From assembly GCA_963778855.1 (NCBI GenBank), contig CAVZWC010000004.1, positions 117,309 to 181,308 on the forward strand: DNA of 64,000 bases. The letters run 5' to 3'. The first letter of the stretch is position 1; each line of letters opens with the position of its first letter. Both the position numbers and the translations under genes were made by a program. The DNA comes from an uncultured Gammaproteobacteria bacterium (GTDB lineage: Bacteria > Pseudomonadota > Gammaproteobacteria > Steroidobacterales > Steroidobacteraceae). Below, one piece after another: positions 19,862 to 31,165 of this stretch. The notes under the pieces were generated by a model. That model was not told the origin of the DNA. It did not search any database and saw nothing but the letters and a program-made list of their open reading frames with translations.

Positions 19862-21424
19862 TCAGGACGCCGGTTTTTCGAGCGCGGCCTCGGTGGCGGC
19901 GATCTGCGCCTGCCGCCGCGCGATCGTCGCGCCGGTGGGCGGACCCTGGAAGCGGCGCCGCTCGAAGGCGAGCCAGACTACGGCGGTCAGCACCAGGAAG
20001 CCGATCGTGGTGCGCAGGGCCAGCTGGTTCGGCGGCTGCACGCCAATGACGAAGATCAGCACCATCGAGGCGATCGAGGCCACGGCGGCGAGCGAGTAGC
20101 CGGCCCGCCCCAGATTCCACGGCCCCATGCGCGGCCAGCGCGGGCCGCCGTAGGCCACGAGTCCAAGCGCGATCGGGATCGCGAACGAGAAGAACAGGAA
20201 GATGACGGTGCAGGACACGACCACCGTGTAGACCGGCGTGCCGCCGGCCTCGAACCACTTCGCGCCGATGACGAACAGCATCGACAGCGCCGCGCCAGTC
20301 CAGATTGCCGCGTCGGGCGTGCGATGCACGGGCGACACCCGTGCCAGCGTGCGCGAGGCCGGCAAGCCGCCGTCGCGCGCGAAGGCGTAGATCATGCGTG
20401 AGGTCGAGGTCACGGTCGCCAACCCGCACAGCACCTGCGAAACAAAGATCAGGAGGTACAGCAGGTCCTTTAGCAGGAGCGGCACGCGCTGGTCCATGGC
20501 CCAGAAGAACACGTTCCAGCCTTGCCGGGCGGCCATATCCATGTCGGGGATCATGAGCAGGAAGGCCACCAGGAACAGGAAGCCGAACACGCCCGACCAG
20601 CCGATGGCCGCAACCATCCCGCGCGGCACCGAATGCGCGGCCTGCCGCGTTTCCTCGGAGGTGTGCGCCGAGGCGTCGTAGCCGGTGATGGTGTAGATCG
20701 GCAGCAGCAGCCCGAGCGCGAAGGCCCAGCCGGTCGACACGCGCGGCCAGACGTTGGCGCCCGCGGCGCCGGTGTAGTTGGCGAAGGTCCAGAGACGGGA
20801 GTAGTCGTAGCCGCGCGCGCAGGCGAAGCAGGTGAGCGCGAGCAGCAGCGAGGCGCCGAAGATCAGGTAGCCAGAGAAATCCGTGAGCTTCGCCGTCAGC
20901 GAGATGCCGTAATGGTTGATGAGCGCCTGGGCGGCGGTCACGACGCCGAGGAAGGCCACCAGCGCCGGCAGCGAGTCCGTCAGCTTGAGCGCAGGACCGA
21001 AGGCGCCGAGCAGGAAATAGTAGGCGCCGACGTTGATCGATCCGAGCACCGTGATCAGCCCGAGCAGGTTGAACCAGGCTGTCAGCCAGCCGGTGAAGCG
21101 ATTGCCGAGGATCGAGCCCCAGTGGTAGAGCCCGCCCGCGGTCGGAAAGGCCGAGGCGATCTGCGCCATGGCCAGGCCGAAAACCCCGGAGATGGCGACG
21201 CCGAGCGGCCAGCCGAGGCCGATCGCGGCGCCGCCGGCGCCGGAGGTGGCCTGGGCGAGCGAGTTGATGGCGCCCGCGAGGATGCAGATGATCGAGAACG
21301 AGATCGCGAAGTTCGAGAAGCGGCTCAAGCGGCGCGCGAGCTCCTGCGCGTAGCCCATGCCGTGCAGCAGCCGGACGTCGTCATCGGCCGCGGTGGCCGT
21401 GGCCTGGCTTTCAGCCGGATCCAT
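19862..21424 (-). CDS. APC-superfamily amino acid/amine permease
   Basis: Intact 520-aa polytopic membrane ORF with roughly 12 hydrophobic segments. The N-terminal SRFSNFAISFSIICILAG pattern is typical of the APC family. Confidence 0.8.
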   Translation of the reverse strand: MDPAESQATATAADDDVRLLHGMGYAQELARRLSRFSNFAISFSIICILAGAINSLAQATSGAGGAAIGLGWPLGVAISGVFGLAMAQIASAFPTAGGLYHWGSILGNRFTGWLTAWFNLLGLITVLGSINVGAYYFLLGAFGPALKLTDSLPALVAFLGVVTAAQALINHYGISLTAKLTDFSGYLIFGASLLLALTCFACARGYDYSRLWTFANYTGAAGANVWPRVSTGWAFALGLLLPIYTITGYDASAHTSEETRQAAHSVPRGMVAAIGWSGVFGFLFLVAFLLMIPDMDMAARQGWNVFFWAMDQRVPLLLKDLLYLLIFVSQVLCGLATVTSTSRMIYAFARDGGLPASRTLARVSPVHRTPDAAIWTGAALSMLFVIGAKWFEAGGTPVYTVVVSCTVIFLFFSFAIPIALGLVAYGGPRWPRMGPWNLGRAGYSLAAVASIASMVLIFVIGVQPPNQLALRTTIGFLVLTAVVWLAFERRRFQGPPTGATIARRQAQIAATEAALEKPAS

Positions 21425-21434
21425 GTTCCCCCCG

Positions 21435-22172
21435 CTACAGCCCGAAGCGCTCGCGCAGCTCGCCGGCCAGCCTCCGGCTCACGGCCAGGCGCTCGTCGAT
21501 GTCGCGCAGTCGCACATGGTACTGGCCGGCGTCGTCGCGCTCGATCGCCGCCAGCCGGGCGACGTTGACCAGGGCGTTGCGGTGCACGCGCACGAACTGC
21601 GAGCCGAACTCCTCCTCGAGCGCGCGCAGCGGATCCTCGATCAGATCGCTCCCGCGCACGTGGCGCACGGTCGTGTACTTCTGGTCGGCCGCGAAGTAGT
21701 AGACCTCGGGCAGCGCGATCAGGCGCACCTGGTCGCCGAGTCGCGCGGCCACGTGCGTGCGCGGCGTGCGCGCCGGGTCGCGCGCGGCGATGCGCGCCAG
21801 TTGCGCGCCGGCCAGGCGCGCGGCGCGCTGCAGTGCGGCGCCGAGCTTTTCGGGCCGCACCGGCTTGAGCAGGTAGCCGATCGCCTGCGCCTCGAAGGCC
21901 TCCACCGCGTAGGCGTCGTAGGCGGTCGTGAACACCACGGCTGGCGGCTCGTCGAGCAGTGCGAGGTGGCGGGCCGCCTCGAGGCCGTTCATGCCGGGCA
22001 TGCGCACGTCGAGCAGCACCACGTCCGGGTGCAGCTCGCCGCCGAGCCGTACCGCCTGCTCGCCGTTGGCAGCCTCGGCCACGACCTCGGTCTCGCCGAG
22101 CTCGCCCAGCAGGCGACGCAGTCGCTCGCGCGCTGGCGCCTCGTCATCGACGATCAGGACGCGCTGCGTCAC
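21435..22172 (-). CDS. LytR/AlgR-family response regulator (REC + LytTR DNA-binding domain)
   Basis: Intact 245-aa ORF with a GTG start. It has a receiver (VLIVDDEAPARERL..VVLLDVRMPGMNG) and a LytTR C-terminus (FVRVHRNALVNV). Confidence 0.9.
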   Translation of the reverse strand: MTQRVLIVDDEAPARERLRRLLGELGETEVVAEAANGEQAVRLGGELHPDVVLLDVRMPGMNGLEAARHLALLDEPPAVVFTTAYDAYAVEAFEAQAIGYLLKPVRPEKLGAALQRAARLAGAQLARIAARDPARTPRTHVAARLGDQVRLIALPEVYYFAADQKYTTVRHVRGSDLIEDPLRALEEEFGSQFVRVHRNALVNVARLAAIERDDAGQYHVRLRDIDERLAVSRRLAGELRERFGL

Positions 22173-23262
22173 AGGGCGGAGCTTCGCGTCTCTTCGGCGA
22201 CGTAGGGGAAGCGCAGCCGCACCACGTACTCGTCGTCGATACGGCTCGCCTCGACCGAGGAGCGGCCCGGGTAGATCAGCTCCATGCGCTCGCGGATGTT
22301 GTCGAGCGCGATGCGGTTGCCCGACGGCGCCGCCGCGCCCTGCGCCGGCAGCGGGTTGCGCACCGCCAGGCCGATCACGCCGTCATCGAAGCGTACCACT
22401 GATCGTGACGATGCCGCCCGCGGGCAGCGGCTCGATGCCATGGTAGATCGCGTTCTCGAGCAACGGCTGCATCAGCAGCCCGGGCACCTGCGCGCGCATC
22501 GGCAGCTCGGCCACGTCCCAGACCACGTGCAGCCGCTCGCCGAGCCGCAGCTGCTCGATGCGCTGGTAGATGCGCGCGACCTCGAGCTCCTCCTTGAGAC
22601 GTGATGCTGCTGCGCTGCTCGCTGAGGTTGGCGCGGAACAGGTCGGCGAGGTCCTGCACCGCCTCCTCGGCCCGCGCCGGGTCGGAGCGCGTGAGCGCGG
22701 CGATCGTGTTCATGCTGTTGAACAGGAAGTGCGGCCGGATGCGCGCCTGCAAGGCGCGCACGCGCGCGCGCGCCTGCAGCTCGACGTTGCGGCGCCACTC
22801 GCCGCTTACGTAGAAGTAGCGCAGCGCGAGCGCGCCGATGATGGCGCCGATGCCGAGGTTGGCGGCGAAGAAGCGCTGCGGCGCCACCGGCAGCAGCAGG
22901 TTGGTGGCGCGCGGCCCCAGCACCGCGCTACTGCCGAGCCAGAGCACGCCGAGCGAGACCAGCGCGATCACCGCCACCACGCTACCCAGCGCCAGCGCGC
23001 TGGCGGTCGCGAGCGGCATGCGCGCCAGGCGCGCGCGCAGCAGGCACAGCACGGCAGCGCTGCCCATGCCGGCCCAGAGCAGGAACAGCGAGGTGCGCGC
23101 CAGGTCGAGCCAGAAGTTGATGCCGGTGTCCTGGCGCGCGACCGCCAGCACCACGGCCGTGAGCGTGACGATCAGCACCACCGCGAGCACGGCGCGCGCG
23201 GCGCAGAAATCCGGCAGGTTCAGCGAGCGCGCGTCCTTAGGGCTGGCGCCGTCCGTGCGCAC
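22169..23262 (-). pseudogene. AlgZ/FimS (LytS-type) sensor histidine kinase, frameshifted
   Basis: The N-terminal membrane part begins LNLPDFCAARAVLAVVL. It has the His-kinase-internal motif RIRPHFLFNSMNTIAAL and the C-terminal GNRIALDNIRERMELIY in another frame. There are at least two frame changes near 22400-22620. GTGA overlap with the regulator. Confidence 0.8.
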
Positions 23263-23267
23263 GGGTG

Positions 23268-24191
23268 CTAGGTCTGCTCGGTCCGGCCGGCGCCTGCATT
23301 GGCGCCTGCATTGACGCCAGCGGGCGCATGCGCGAACAGCGCCGCCTTGAGCGTGTAGATCGAGGAGATGTCCTCGTCCGCGTGGCCCGCGGCGATGAGC
23401 CGCTCGTAGTCGGCCAGCGTCGCCTCGACGACCGACAGCTCGGCCCCGCAATCGCGCGCCATCGCGCGGCAGATGCGCAGGTCCTTCTGGTGCAGCCGCA
23501 CCCGGAAGCCGGCCGGATAGGCCCCCCGGGCCATGTACGGGCCACGGTGCGTGAGGTACCAGTTGGCGGCGGCGCCCTGCCCGAGCGTGCCGATGACCTT
23601 GTCGAGCGCCAGCCCCTGCGCGGCGGCGAAGGCCAGGGCCTCGGCGTTGGCGCGGATGATGCCCGCGACCATGATCTGGTTCGTGGCCTTGGCGGCTTGA
23701 CCCGCTCCCTGCTCACCGAAGTGCGTGATCGTCGCGCCGAGGGCCTGGAGCACGGGCCGGGCGCGCTCCAGCGCCGCGGCCGCGCCGCCCACCATGATCG
23801 CGAGCGTGCCCTTCGCAGCGCCCTCGACGCCGCCGCTGACCGGCGCGTCGAGGAAATCCACGCCGCGCGCGGCCAGCTGCGCGCCGGCGGCGCGCGCGGT
23901 GTCGGCGCTGACCGTGGAGCAGTCGATGACTACCGTGCCGGCCCGGAGCGCGGGCGCGAGGTTGGCGACGACGGACAACACGTCCTGGTCGGCAGAGACG
24001 CACATGATGACGGCGTCGCAGTCGCGCGCCAGGTCGGCGAGCCGCGCCGGGGCCGCGCACTTGAGTTCGGCGGCCAAGGCTTGCGCCTTGGCGGGGCTGC
24101 GGTTCCAGACCGCGTGCAATAGACCTGCGCGATGAAGGTTGCGCGCCATGCCGCTGCCCATCGCACCCAGTCCGATGATTCCGGTTCGCAT
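23268..24191 (-). CDS. NAD(P)-dependent oxidoreductase, 3-hydroxyisobutyrate dehydrogenase/tartronate semialdehyde reductase family
   Basis: Intact 307-aa ORF with the Rossmann start MRTGIIGLGAMGSGMARNL and DAPVSGGVEGAAKGTLAIMVGG. Confidence 0.85.
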   Translation of the reverse strand: MRTGIIGLGAMGSGMARNLHRAGLLHAVWNRSPAKAQALAAELKCAAPARLADLARDCDAVIMCVSADQDVLSVVANLAPALRAGTVVIDCSTVSADTARAAGAQLAARGVDFLDAPVSGGVEGAAKGTLAIMVGGAAAALERARPVLQALGATITHFGEQGAGQAAKATNQIMVAGIIRANAEALAFAAAQGLALDKVIGTLGQGAAANWYLTHRGPYMARGAYPAGFRVRLHQKDLRICRAMARDCGAELSVVEATLADYERLIAAGHADEDISSIYTLKAALFAHAPAGVNAGANAGAGRTEQT

Positions 24192-24274
24192 GATTGACCT
24201 GGCTCCCGTCGCCGCCCGTGCAATTTAGCAGGCGCCGGGGAAGCTCTGCACAGCTAACGTGGGTGTGCAGCCGT

Positions 24275-24727
24275 TCAGCTGCCGGGAGTGCCGCAGCTGC
24301 GATCCATCTGCGTGCGGGCGTTCAGGCGCGCCTGGTCGAGCTCGGCGTCGGAGAGGTATTCGCGCTCGCCGGCCTTGTTGACCTTGTAGATGCGATGCGC
24401 ATCGATGGTCTGCTGGTACTTTTCTTTGGCCGCCTTGCAATCCTCGGCGCGCTTGGCGGCGACGTCCTTGTTGACGGCCTGGCGCGTGGCCTCGTCCTTG
24501 AGCTGCGCGTTGGCGTTGGCGTCGATCGGGGCCTTGTTGGCCGGTGCGGGCGCGGGCTCGCTCGCGGCGCCCATGGGTGCGCTGGCCACGTGGACGACGG
24601 TGGCGTTGGGGCTGGGGCGATCGCTGCAGTCGCGGCCCTGGTTGTTGCAATAGATCTCGCCCGCCCCGACAGCCTGGCAGGCCGCCAACGCCACGATGGC
24701 CAGGGACAGGGTCGATCGATGCCGCAT
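24275..24727 (-). CDS. Secreted protein, DUF4124-like
   Basis: The internal ATG at 24727 gives a signal peptide MRHRSTLSLAIVALAACQAVGA, followed by a Lys/Ala-rich helical C-terminus. The family call is tentative. Confidence 0.45.
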   Translation of the reverse strand: MRHRSTLSLAIVALAACQAVGAGEIYCNNQGRDCSDRPSPNATVVHVASAPMGAASEPAPAPANKAPIDANANAQLKDEATRQAVNKDVAAKRAEDCKAAKEKYQQTIDAHRIYKVNKAGEREYLSDAELDQARLNARTQMDRSCGTPGS

Positions 24728-24910
24728 CAATGCCTCCCGCGTCAAATCGAGAGTATCAGCGTTGCGCGGAAGCATAAAGGTGAGCGATATCACAGATTAT
24801 TGCTGCATAGCCGGCGCAAATGCGCTATTCCGGCGTCGCGGCGCTGCGCGTATCCTGCCCCCTGTTGAACGAGGTTGTCGCGCTGCGGCAGGGCATATTC
24901 GGGGAGACAT

Positions 24911-25186
24911 ATGGCGATCGAGGGCACCCAGGTCGAGGAAATGGCGAGGCGGTTCATGGCGGGCCTGCCCGCGGCGCTGCACGACATGCGCACGGAGCTC
25001 GAGGCCAACTTTCGCGCCGCGCTGCAGGGCGCCGCGAGCCGCTACGACCTCACGACCCGCAGCGAGTTCGAGGTCCAGGGCAAGGTGCTCGAGCGCTCGC
25101 GCGAGCGCATGGCGCTGCTCGAGGCGCGCCTGCAGGCCGTCGAGGCACGACTGGAGCAGTTGCTTCAGGCGCTGCCACCGGGCTGA
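24911..25186 (+). CDS. ubiK: UbiK/YqiC (BMFP) family ubiquinone biosynthesis accessory factor
   Basis: ATG at 24911 preceded by GGGGAGA. It is a ~90-aa coiled-coil protein (..RSEFEVQGKVLERSRERMALLEARLQAVEARLEQL) immediately upstream of comM, as in many proteobacteria. Confidence 0.6.
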   Translation: MAIEGTQVEEMARRFMAGLPAALHDMRTELEANFRAALQGAASRYDLTTRSEFEVQGKVLERSRERMALLEARLQAVEARLEQLLQALPPG

Positions 25187-25235
25187 CTCCAGCCCGCCCA
25201 GGCCCCGGGTCCCAGGTAGCGACGGCTGGTCAGCC

Positions 25236-26804
25236 ATGCCTGTCGCGCAGGTGCTGAGCCGGGCCCAGCTCGGGCTCGAGGCGCCGCTGGTCCAGATCGA
25301 GGCCCACCTCGGCAGCGGGCTGCCGGGCTTCAGCATCGTCGGTCTGCCGGCCCCCGTCGTGCGCGAGAGTCGCGAGCGCGTGCGCTCGGCCCTGCTCAAC
25401 AGCGGCTTCGATTTCCCGCCCGGGCGCATCACGGTCAATCTCGCTCCCGTCGAGCTCGCCAAGGAAGGCGGCCGCTATGACCTGCCCGTGGCGCTGGCCC
25501 TGCTGATCGCGAGCGGGCAGCTCCAAATTCGCCGCCCGGCCATCCCGGAGTGCTACGGCGAGCTCGGCCTCGACGGCCAGCTGCGCCCGGTGCGTGCGCT
25601 GCTGCTGGCGGCGATTCACGCCGGCCGGGCAGGCCACGAAATGATCCTGCCGCGCGGCAATCTCGACGAAGTCGGGCTGGCACGCCTGCCCTGCGCGGCT
25701 GGCTTTTCGGATCTTCGGAACGTTTGCCTGTATCTTGGCGACGCTGCCCAGGCGGCTCCAGGCTTCAGCCCGGAATCACCTAAATCTGTATCACCAGTGT
25801 TACAAAATAGCTCTCTGGACGATATCAGGGGCCAGTGGCGGGCCAAAAGGGTACTGACCATCGCCGCCGCCGGCGGGCACAGTCTGCTCATGATGGGCCC
25901 GCCGGGCAGCGGCAAGAGCATGCTCGCGACGCGCCTGCCGGGCTTGCTGCCACCACTCGACGAAAACGAGGCCATGGAGGTCGCGGGCATCGCATCGATC
26001 AGCGGCCCGGGCTTCGATCCGGCGCGCTGGGGCCAGCGGCCGTTCCGCTCGCCCCACCACGCTGCTTCGGCCAATGCCATCGTCGGCGGCGGCTCGCGAC
26101 TGCAACCCGGCGAGATCAGCCTCGCGCACCGGGGCGTGCTGTTCATGGATGAGTTGCCTGAGTTCGACCACCGCGTGCTCGAGGCGCTGCGCGAACCGCT
26201 CGAGACCGGGACGATCACGCTGGCGCGCGCCAACGACCGCCTCACGCTGCCAGCCGAGTTCCAGCTCGTGGCCGCCATGAATCCCTGCCCCTGCGGCTAC
26301 CTTGGCGACCCGGCGAACCGCTGCCGCTGCGGGCCGCGCCGCGTGCGCCGCTACCGCGATCGCCTGTCCGGGCCGCTGCTCGACCGCATCGACCTGCATC
26401 TCGAGGTGCCGCGCGTCGAACTCCGAGCCCTGCGTGGCGCCGCGTCCGCGCACCAGTCCAGCGCGGTGGCCGAGTGCGTCCGCGGCGCACGCCGGTTTCA
26501 GATGGAGCGGCAATCCTGCTGCAACGCGCGGCTCGGCCAGCCGGGCATCGAGGCGCATTGTCACGTCGACCCGGCTACCGGTGAATTGCTGGAGCTCCTG
26601 GGTGAACGGCTGCGCCTGTCCGCCCGCGGTTATCATCGCCTGCTCAAAGTGGCCCGCACGATCGCCGATCTCGAGGGCGTGGGACCGATCGGCGTGGCCC
26701 ATGTGACCGAGGCGGCTACCCTGCGGCCACCCGGAGAGCCCGCCGCTACGGGCACTTCAGGGTTTACTGGCCCTTCAATACCAGGTAATCCACGCCCGAC
26801 TTGA
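25236..26804 (+). CDS. comM: YifB/ComM family Mg-chelatase-like ATPase
   Basis: It has the N-terminal Lon-like domain (VQIEAHLGSGLPGFSIVGLP..RVRSALLNSGF), Walker A MMGPPGSGKSMLA, and FMDELPEF. The last ~30 codons overlap the convergent cytochrome c5 gene, so the true stop may be earlier. Confidence 0.88.
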   Translation: MPVAQVLSRAQLGLEAPLVQIEAHLGSGLPGFSIVGLPAPVVRESRERVRSALLNSGFDFPPGRITVNLAPVELAKEGGRYDLPVALALLIASGQLQIRRPAIPECYGELGLDGQLRPVRALLLAAIHAGRAGHEMILPRGNLDEVGLARLPCAAGFSDLRNVCLYLGDAAQAAPGFSPESPKSVSPVLQNSSLDDIRGQWRAKRVLTIAAAGGHSLLMMGPPGSGKSMLATRLPGLLPPLDENEAMEVAGIASISGPGFDPARWGQRPFRSPHHAASANAIVGGGSRLQPGEISLAHRGVLFMDELPEFDHRVLEALREPLETGTITLARANDRLTLPAEFQLVAAMNPCPCGYLGDPANRCRCGPRRVRRYRDRLSGPLLDRIDLHLEVPRVELRALRGAASAHQSSAVAECVRGARRFQMERQSCCNARLGQPGIEAHCHVDPATGELLELLGERLRLSARGYHRLLKVARTIADLEGVGPIGVAHVTEAATLRPPGEPAATGTSGFTGPSIPGNPRPT

Positions 26805-27279
26805 CCAGGTCGTCGCTGAGGTCGGTTCGTCCGCCCTTCGGCGGCATGACGCCGGCGCTGCCGTGGAAGCCTTTCAAGGCATGGTCGTACAAGGTCGGCT
26901 TGCCCTGCGCGACGCGCGGCGCCCAGGCCGCGTGGTCGCCGAATTTGGGCGCGCCCGCGAGCCCCGTGGCGTGGCAGGTCTTGCAGACCGCCTCGTAGAG
27001 CGCCGGACCATCCTTCGGCACGGCGAGCGCGACGGTCGCGGCCTGCGCCGGCGCCTCGATCTTGAGCGCCGAGTTGTCGGCGCCAGCCACGGCGACGCGC
27101 GCGAAGGGCTTGGTGCGCTCCTCGACGCTGGCGACGTACTTCGGGTCTGAGTAGACCTGCGGCTCCTGCGTATGGCCGGCCACGGCGCGCGCCAGCGCGA
27201 ATATCACCAGCGCGACCACGATCAGCCCGCCGATGACCACGCTGAAGTTATTGAAGAAGTGTGTGTCGTGCTTGCTCAC
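26764..27279 (-). CDS. Membrane-anchored cytochrome c5 family protein
   Basis: 171-aa ORF with an N-terminal TM helix, a single haem motif CKTCHATG, and a downstream Met ligand context (SAGVMPPKG). Confidence 0.85.
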   Translation of the reverse strand: MSKHDTHFFNNFSVVIGGLIVVALVIFALARAVAGHTQEPQVYSDPKYVASVEERTKPFARVAVAGADNSALKIEAPAQAATVALAVPKDGPALYEAVCKTCHATGLAGAPKFGDHAAWAPRVAQGKPTLYDHALKGFHGSAGVMPPKGGRTDLSDDLVKSGVDYLVLKGQ

Positions 27280-27473
27280 GGATGGTCCAAAGGCTGGTTC
27301 GGAAACGGGCGCGATTATAGCGGATGCGCCGCGCTGCGGTGGTGTTCCCGCGCTGGCGCGCCGCGGCTGGCCGCCTGGGCGCCGCTACCTGCGTAATTCC
27401 CACATTGAGGATTATCCGACGCTGGTGTAAAAAGCTGGGGAGTTGCAACAACAACAAATCCTGGCGTGCCGGG

Positions 27474-28403
27474 ATGCCAGTGAATCCGAGGAGGACGCCC
27501 GTGACTGCAAGACTCCCAACAAGCATCGCGCCGCTGGCCACGCTGGTGCTCGCGAGCACGCTCATGGCCATTCCAGCTTTGGCTGAGCCGGTGTCGGTGG
27601 GTGGCACGAGCGCGTATGTCGAGGGCACCTCGGCCGGCGGCTACATAAACGACAAATACCAGTTCAGCTTCGGCACCTACGTCGTGGGCTCGAACCTGAA
27701 GTCCACCTTTGATGGCACGGCGGTCGGCTCAGGCGACCGGGTCGACTTTGCACGCACCTTCGACATGAACAAGGACTTCACCCGCTTCCGGCTCGACGGG
27801 CTGTGGCGCATCACGCCGAAGCATCATTTGCGCTTCGTGTACTTCCAGAACAACATCACGCGCACCAAGACGCTCGAAAAGGACCTGGCCTGGGGCGATT
27901 ACACTTTCCAGGCCAACGCCGAAGTCTCGGCGGAGACCAAGTTCGGCGTTTACGAGCTGTCTTACGAATACGCCTTCATCCGCAAGCCCACCCTGGAGGT
28001 GGCCGCCGGGGCCGGCATCCACATGACGAACATGTCGATCAAGCTCTCGGGTAATGCCACGTTTACGGACGCCGACGGCACCGTCCACCCGGCGGATCTC
28101 TCGACCTCGAACAGCAACCTGCCCGCGCCGTTCCCGGTGATCGGCGCACGCGCCACCTGGGCCGTCACGCCGAACATCTTCATCGAGCCCGAGGTGCAGT
28201 GGTTCGCGTTCAAGTACGATGCCTACAACGGCAACTGGTGGGACGCACGCCTCGCCGCTAAGTGGATGTTCACCCGCCACTGGGGCGTCGGCCTGGGCTA
28301 CGACGCTTTCCACGTCAACGTGACCGTGGACAAGGCCAGCTTCAACGGCAACGTGACGCTCGGCTACTCAGGTGGCCAGGTCATGCTGGTGGGCTCGTAC
28401 TGA
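27474..28403 (+). CDS. Outer-membrane beta-barrel protein of unknown family
   Basis: Signal peptide (..LVLASTLMAIPALA), alternating amphipathic beta-strand pattern, and a C-terminal aromatic residue (..VMLVGSY). Confidence 0.6.
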   Translation: MPVNPRRTPVTARLPTSIAPLATLVLASTLMAIPALAEPVSVGGTSAYVEGTSAGGYINDKYQFSFGTYVVGSNLKSTFDGTAVGSGDRVDFARTFDMNKDFTRFRLDGLWRITPKHHLRFVYFQNNITRTKTLEKDLAWGDYTFQANAEVSAETKFGVYELSYEYAFIRKPTLEVAAGAGIHMTNMSIKLSGNATFTDADGTVHPADLSTSNSNLPAPFPVIGARATWAVTPNIFIEPEVQWFAFKYDAYNGNWWDARLAAKWMFTRHWGVGLGYDAFHVNVTVDKASFNGNVTLGYSGGQVMLVGSY

Positions 28404-28419
28404 TCGCAGTGAATTGAGT

Positions 28420-28496
28420 TGGCGCGCCCGACTGGATTCGAACCAGCGACCTGCAGCTTCGGAGGCTGCCACTCTATCCATCTGAGCTACGGGCGC
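28420..28496 (-). tRNA. tRNA-Arg (anticodon CCG)
   Basis: The reverse complement GCGCCCGTAGCTCAGATGGATAGAGTGGCAGCCTCCGAAGCTGCAGGTCGCTGGTTCGAATCCAGTCGGGCGCGCCA folds as a cloverleaf. The anticodon stem is GCAGC/GCTGC, the loop is CU-CCG-AA, and the T-loop is GGTTCGAATCC. CCA is encoded. Confidence 0.95.
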
Positions 28497-28558
28497 AGGC
28501 GCGCAAGATTACCCTAAATTCCCGTGGCGCGCGCCGCGGCCCGCGCCGCCGGCTGCGC

Positions 28559-29524
28559 TACAGCCACCGGCGGCGCTTGAAGAACAAGTACGGCAGCAGC
28601 GCCGAGGCCAGCATCAATGCCGAGCGCGGCCATGAACCCCCAGGATTCGTGGGCCCAGGGGATGTGGTCGAAGTTCATGCCGTAGATCGCGCCGATGACC
28701 GAGGGCGGCAGCAGGAACACGGTCACGACCGAGAAGATCTTGAGGATGTTGTTCTGGTCGATGTTCACCATGCCGAGCGTGGCATCGAGGATGAACGAGA
28801 CGTTGTTGCCGAGGAAGGAGGCGTGGTCGCTCATGGCGATGACGTCGCGCGAGAGCGTGCGCAGGCGCGTGCGCACGTCGTTGGTGAGGTTGACGCTGCT
28901 CGCCTGCTGCACGAAGGCGAGCGCACGGCCGAGGCTTACGAGGCTCTCGCGGGTCTTGGCGATGAGCTCGCCGCTTTGGCCGACGCGCTCGAGCACGACC
29001 TGGTAGTCGCGCGCGCGGCCGCGGCGCCGGCGCGGCGGCCGCGTGAAGACGTCGGCCGAAATCGCGTCGAGGTCGGCGCTGACGCGCTCGATGACGTCTG
29101 CGACGCGGTTGATGATGGCCTCGACGAGGCCGGCGAGCACGGCCGGCCCCGAGCTGCAGGATGGGCCGTGGCGTTCGGCGTAGCTGATGAAGCGCCGGAA
29201 CGGCAGCGGGTCGGTGTAGCGGTTGGTGATCAGCCGGCCGTCCTTGAGGATGAAGGTGACCTGCGAGTTCTGCGGCAGATCGGCGTCAAGTTTGGTGACG
29301 ATGGTCGTCGTCAGGTAGACCCCGCCGTCCTCCTCGTACAGGCGATTCGAGGACTCGATCTCGCGCATTTCCTCGCGCGTCGGCACGTCAATGCCGCACT
29401 GTGACTCGACCGCGCGCTCTTCCTCGGCGGTGGGCTCGAGCAGGTCGATCCACATGATGTCGCCGAGCGCCGCGTTGCCCGCGGCGACCAGCCCCGGGCC
29501 CTGCAGCACGTAGCGATAGAGCAT
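28559..29524 (-). pseudogene. corA: Magnesium/cobalt transporter CorA with one frame break near the C-terminus
   Basis: The 336-aa ORF carries YGMNF. The canonical C-terminal tail ..ALMLASALLPYLFFKRRRWL* is only readable in another frame and ends at 28559, implying one indel near ~28620. Confidence 0.85.
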
Positions 29525-29563
29525 GCTAGGGCCTGTTCACGCTGACGGCGTGACTGCGCCCGC

Positions 29564-30419
<856 letters not shown>

Positions 30420-30420
30420 G

Positions 30421-31086
30421 TCAGCGCAGTGCCCTGGACGTAGGAGGCGACATCGCGCATGTCCTCGGCGTTCAGTCGCGCGGCGATGGTCTGCATGATG
30501 AGATAGTTCTCGCCGCCCATGCTCGTGCCCTTGGTGTCCTTGGTGTAGCGCTCGCCGGCGCCGTAGGCCTTGAGCTGCTTGACCACGTACATCGACTGCT
30601 GCGCGCGCAGCGCGGGATAGCCGGCAGCCGGGATTGCCGCGCCCGGTCGGCCCGTGGCAGGCGGAGCAGGCTGGGATCGCGCGCTCGCGATCGCCGCTGC
30701 GGTACAGCTTCTGGCCCGCCTTCCAGTACGACGGGTCGGCCTCGAGGCCGGCAGGCGTCTGCTGCTCGAAGTACACGGCGACGTCCTCGATGTCCTGGTC
30801 GGTCAGCGTGGCCGCCATCGGCGGCATCATGGCCGCGGACGCGTCGCCTGGCATCCCGGGGCGCATGCCGTCGTGCAGCAGGTGCAGCTGGTGCGGCGAT
30901 GTAGTCGGCGTTCTGGCCGGCGAGGTTCGGCCACTCGGGGTTCGACGCTGTTGCCGTTGCTGCCGTGGCAGGCGTGGCAGGTGGCGGCCACCGCGGCGCC
31001 CGCCTCGGCCGAACCTTCGGACCAGGAACTGCGGCGCGGCCAAGCAGGGCGAGCGCGCAGCAGGCGATTCGTATCGTCGCGGTCAT
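30421..31086 (-). pseudogene. Dihaem cytochrome c4, frameshifted
   Basis: Signal peptide MTATIRIACCALALLG, then NPEWPNLAGQNADYI, GMPGDASAAMMPPMAATLTDQDIEDVAVYF, the second haem motif PACSACHGPTGRG, and the C-terminus EDMRDVASYVQGTAL*. It lies upstream of dsbA and divergent from engB, as in Pseudomonas. Confidence 0.8.
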
Positions 31087-31165
31087 CGTGTTTTCCGTGC
31101 CTCGTGGGACGCAGGATTGTACACTAGGACTTGCCGTCCCGCCGCAAGCCGGATCGACCCCGCCG

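Noticed and set aside
24246-24270. Hairpin CTGCACA-N11-TGTGCAG after the DUF4124-like gene
   Set aside because: The stem is only 7 bp and there is no U-tract on either strand. This is not enough for a terminator call.
26764-26804. 41-nt convergent overlap of the comM 3' end with the cytochrome c5 3' end as a regulatory antisense overlap
   Set aside because: More likely the comM stop is displaced. The C-terminal tail ..PPGEPAATGTSGFTGPSIPGNPRPT looks non-native. This cannot be resolved without comparison to orthologues.
28420-28496. tRNA-Arg as the integration site of a genomic island
   Set aside because: Neither flank carries an integrase, a direct repeat of the tRNA 3' end, or atypical composition. 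The neighbours are an outer-membrane protein gene and corA.
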